Under the pieces are notes generated by a model that made no database searches, was not told the origin of the DNA, and saw only the letters and a list, made by a program, of their open reading frames with translations. The position numbers and the translations under genes were made by a program. Positions 46,272 to 48,917 of a stretch of DNA of 48,917 nt are shown in pieces. The stretch comes from a virus (taxonomy: Duplodnaviria; Caudoviricetes): the IMG/VR virus record IMGVR_UViG_3300025141_000158, positions 1 to 48,917 of that record, one strand, 5' to 3'. Each line of letters starts with the position of its first letter. Positions within the stretch are counted from its first letter, which is position 1.

Positions 46272-46354
46272 AGCTAACAACACAAGAAAACCCAATTATA
46301 CGGGTACCATAGGGGGGGTATAGACTATGTTATACATGGATATCTAAATATCCT

Positions 46355-46383
46355 TTGACAACTAAATAAATCCCCTATACATT
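46355..46383 (+). promoter_or_regulatory. Putative promoter TTGACA-N17-TACATT
   Basis: TTGACAACT at 46355, upstream of the 46428 gene. Confidence 0.6.
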
Positions 46384-46427
46384 ATATATACATATTTTCC
46401 CATTCCCTTATAACTCGGAGAAACAAG

Positions 46428-46799
46428 ATGCCAAGAGCTATATCAATCAACGTCCAGAGCCACGTCCCAATTTCCCTCATAGCCAAAACAATCCAGACCT
46501 TCACACAGGCAAACCAGCCCGTCCCCCGAAACACAAGCTCCCTCATCAGGACAGTACTTGAATTGTGGACAGAAGCCTGTGGCATTCAGGAACTATCGTC
46601 ACAAGAAGAAGCACTAGACATCTGTGCTCAAGTCGGTATTGCCCGTCCCGAGAGGCTCGTCCTCACAACAGACAGAGCTCCCAATGCCCGTGACTTCCTG
46701 AGACAACAAGTAACAGGGGAAGAACATCAGAGCCAATCAGCAGAAGAACTAGAGAATGCCCTCCTCTCAGCCCTCGAAAAAAAAGATGAGGAGTCGTGA
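46428..46799 (+). CDS. Hypothetical early protein (possible ribbon-helix-helix)
   Basis: GGAG SD; strand then helices (NTSSLIRTVLELW). Confidence 0.75.
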   Translation: MPRAISINVQSHVPISLIAKTIQTFTQANQPVPRNTSSLIRTVLELWTEACGIQELSSQEEALDICAQVGIARPERLVLTTDRAPNARDFLRQQVTGEEHQSQSAEELENALLSALEKKDEES

Positions 46800-46808
46800 A
46801 AAAAACCC

Positions 46809-46836
46809 TTGACAACTTTCTAATATTAGCGATCTT
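46809..46836 (+). promoter_or_regulatory. Putative promoter (TTGACAACTT family)
   Basis: TTGACA 46809-46814; weak -10 (GATCTT at N16). Confidence 0.5.
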
Positions 46837-46884
46837 TATATATGTCTGGGAATGTTCCCAACTAAAAAAGAAAGAAGGCCAGAG

Positions 46885-47134
46885 ATGATCGTAAGTACAA
46901 GTTAAAACAGTAGAAGACCTTTGCAAACAGATCGAAGATAGTTGGGAAGACGATTGCTACGGAGATGTAGAAGACTTTTTTAATGTCTCCAAAGAAGTTT
47001 ACCAAACGATTAAAGATAGTTTACGTTCTCTTGATGTAGACGAATTGGTTGAGCTAAGAGAAAATGACAGGTCTTTAATGGCAACATTAAATCTAGCCAT
47101 ATTTTCTGTAATAATAACTCGGAAAGGAAAATAA
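46885..47134 (+). pseudogene. Acidic early gene with a frameshift just after the start
   Basis: ATG 46885 (AAGG SD) stops after 6 codons; the +1 frame 46895-47134 is open for 79 codons and ends next to the following start. Confidence 0.6.
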
Positions 47135-47135
47135 G

Positions 47136-47534
47136 ATGCCTTCAATAGAAGATATAAGAACTCAAAGAAAGAAAGATAAAGAAGTACTGCTTAGAATGAA
47201 TAGGGCTTGTACTGTTCTAATGACTAGCATGAACATCTCGGCCCAAGAATTAAAATGGGAACGAGGAAAAAGTAGAAAAACTTATAATAACGCATTAGAA
47301 ACTTTAATTGAGACGATAGCTAATTCTTACAGAGAACTAGAAAAGGTAAAAATCGAAACTCAATTTTATAAAGATAACCTTGACAAGGCAAAGGCCTTAG
47401 AAGATGCAAAGGAAGTATCCCCTCCCGAATTAATTACTAAAGATGATGATGAAGTTTATTTAATGCAATGCTCTCCAGAAGAATTTACTAATCACATGAT
47501 GGACAAACTATCGGACGCCCAACAAGGAGGCTAA
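47136..47534 (+). CDS. Hypothetical coiled-coil early protein
   Basis: AAGGA SD and AATAAGATG start. Confidence 0.8.
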   Translation: MPSIEDIRTQRKKDKEVLLRMNRACTVLMTSMNISAQELKWERGKSRKTYNNALETLIETIANSYRELEKVKIETQFYKDNLDKAKALEDAKEVSPPELITKDDDEVYLMQCSPEEFTNHMMDKLSDAQQGG

Positions 47535-47538
47535 TAAG

Positions 47539-47766
47539 ATGGCTAAGTATCAACTAGTAGAAAGTAGAATGATTAAGGAACTCGGTGTTGATCTCTTGGA
47601 GGCTAGCGAGCAGGCAACCTTCGGAGATGAACACGCGATAGGTATTTGCATCAAGGATTGTGGCTATTATGTAGAGGGAATCGAGCCTGATGCAGAAGGA
47701 TACCTTTGTGAAGATTGCGGAACTAATACAGTATCATCAACATGCGTGGCTATAGGAGTAATGTAG
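47539..47766 (+). CDS. Small zinc-finger protein
   Basis: CIKDC...EPDA...CEDC; GGAGG SD. Confidence 0.8.
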   Translation: MAKYQLVESRMIKELGVDLLEASEQATFGDEHAIGICIKDCGYYVEGIEPDAEGYLCEDCGTNTVSSTCVAIGVM

Positions 47767-47771
47767 CTAAC

Positions 47772-47806
47772 ATAAGGGGAGGGGCTAGATTGCCCTCCCC
47801 TTATTT
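47772..47806 (+). terminator. Rho-independent terminator/hairpin
   Basis: ATAAGGGGAGGG / CCCTCCCCTTAT. Confidence 0.75.
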
Positions 47807-47821
47807 ACTTAGGAGAATAAG

Positions 47822-48229
47822 ATGACTAAAGAAATAAAAGATGAGCAAATATTAACATTTTTTATGCCTAATCGTAGAGATTATGATGAGCCTGAATGGA
47901 ATAACTACGAAACAATTCTAAGGCTTATCTCCCCCAAAAAAGATTATACTCACATGGATTACTTATTCAGGCCTGGACACGATCCTTCTTGGGAGTTTAT
48001 GCGAGACAAGATAGGAGGCTATATTCAACACACGATTCTTAGCCGAGATGGAAAGACGATAGATGCTGTTTGTGATGAGGATGGGCTATCAAAAGAATTA
48101 GAGCCTAATCATAATTTGTATGACCACATTGATCCATTAGAAAAGCAATCAGAACACACATTAATAGTACCGGAGATAGGAACGCTAGTTGGCAATGTCA
48201 TTATTTGGCTACGTGGGAACATTAAATAA
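47822..48229 (+). CDS. DUF3846-like protein
   Basis: IGGYIQ...CDEDGL..L.PN...LVGNVII pattern. Confidence 0.7.
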   Translation: MTKEIKDEQILTFFMPNRRDYDEPEWNNYETILRLISPKKDYTHMDYLFRPGHDPSWEFMRDKIGGYIQHTILSRDGKTIDAVCDEDGLSKELEPNHNLYDHIDPLEKQSEHTLIVPEIGTLVGNVIIWLRGNIK

Positions 48230-48230
48230 A

Positions 48231-48253
48231 CTGTGTTCCATTTGGTAACAAAG
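48231..48253. promoter_or_regulatory. 23-bp palindromic parS-like site, copy 7
   Basis: CTGTGTTCCATTTGGTAACAAAG, just after a stop codon. Confidence 0.7.
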
Positions 48254-48268
48254 TATGAAAAATAATAC

Positions 48269-48296
48269 TTGACAACTTTTTATAATGTATTATATT
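48269..48296 (+). promoter_or_regulatory. Promoter TTGACA-N16-TATATT
   Basis: TTGACA 48269-48274, TATATT 48291-48296. Confidence 0.8.
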
Positions 48297-48346
48297 ATAT
48301 AATAAGGAAGGACAACTCCGTACTTCCATAAACAAGAAAGGCTAAG

Positions 48347-48661
48347 ATGCAAAAAGATGAAAGGCCCACAGGAAGTAGAGTCTTTATAGGAGGAGACGAG
48401 CAAGATATGAACGATGCGGCTCGTATCATCTATTCAGACCAATTTCTTTCAAAAGGCATAGAACATGCAAAAGAAGTTGAAGATGTAGCAGAGAATTGGC
48501 TATTAGAAACAGATTGTTTAGAGGCTCATCTTAATAGTGAACTAGATGTTTCTGTTAAACGTGCTATAATAGAATATAATGGTCGCGTATGTGATATGAT
48601 AGAAACTCTAAACAGAACAATAAAGGACTTCAGAGATCTGAGAGTAACATTAAACGAATAG
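48347..48661 (+). CDS. Hypothetical early protein
   Basis: AAAGG SD; TAAGATG start; promoter and terminator flank it. Confidence 0.75.
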   Translation: MQKDERPTGSRVFIGGDEQDMNDAARIIYSDQFLSKGIEHAKEVEDVAENWLLETDCLEAHLNSELDVSVKRAIIEYNGRVCDMIETLNRTIKDFRDLRVTLNE

Positions 48662-48668
48662 CCCAATC

Positions 48669-48700
48669 AGGGGAGATTGCTAACACAGGATCTCCCCTTT
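48669..48700 (+). terminator. Rho-independent terminator
   Basis: AGGGGAGAT / ATCTCCCCT followed by TT. Confidence 0.7.
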
Positions 48701-48721
48701 ACTATTATAAAAGGAAAAGTC

Positions 48722-48917
48722 ATGGATGAAAAAGAAATGAAGGCTAGAAAGAGACAGAGAAAAACTAACAAGAAAAAATTTCTCACGACTTTATATAGCA
48801 AAAGAATCGAAGCTTTATTAACAACGCACAAACTAAAGCAATATCAATTAGCCATGATTATCGGAGTAACAGGTACCACACTATCACATTGGAGACGTAA
48901 AAAGTTTGCTCCACAAC
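48722..48917 (+). CDS. N-terminal part of the XRE-like HTH protein, continuing at the window start
   Basis: AAGGA SD; MDEKEMKARKRQ...; open through the terminal repeat. Confidence 0.75.
   Translation, partial: MDEKEMKARKRQRKTNKKKFLTTLYSKRIEALLTTHKLKQYQLAMIIGVTGTTLSHWRRKKFAPQ
48785..48917 (+). repeat. Terminal direct repeat, right copy
   Basis: Matches 1-133 with one mismatch. Confidence 0.97.

Noticed and set aside
48280-48303. dif/XerCD-like site (ATAATGTATTATATTA)
   Set aside because: Only partial similarity; better explained as promoter spacer and -10 element

Overview
The window is a complete, circularly closed tailed-phage genome. Bases 1-133 repeat at 48785-48917 with one mismatch, so the unit length is about 48,784 bp. 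The gene set is podovirus/P22-like; the host cannot be identified from sequence alone. There are two divergent arms. The + strand arm (45.5 kb through the junction to 12.0 kb) carries small early genes and a replication module: Cas4-like PD-(D/E)XK nuclease, AAA_24 ATPase, SSB-like protein, a ParB-HTH-DNA methyltransferase fusion, a UDG-PolA fusion and a DUF3987-like NTPase. The - strand arm (45.2 to 12.0 kb) carries terS, terL, portal, M15 endolysin, scaffold, capsid, three glycosyltransferases, adaptor/nozzle, an S74 tail fibre, membrane proteins and four large ejection-type proteins. I saw no integrase, tRNA, CRISPR array, reverse transcriptase or primase. Main observations: (1) seven intergenic copies of a 23-bp palindrome (core TGTTnCA-N3-TGnAACA, a parS-like site with a spacer 1 bp longer) are spread around the genome, alongside a ParB/CTPase-HTH-methyltransferase fusion and no ParA, suggesting a site-loaded, cis-spreading methylation system; (2) an unannotated 48-aa peptide copies the capsid protein N-terminal arm and fuses it to a Lys/Arg tail; (3) an early mRNA is bracketed by a ~28-bp 5'-3' stem with G-U wobbles; (4) a pseudoknot-forming ~200-nt leader precedes terS; (5) a conserved AATAAGATG start context and TTGACA-N16-TATATT promoters recur in the early arm. 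All family calls come from motif recognition by eye, not database searches.
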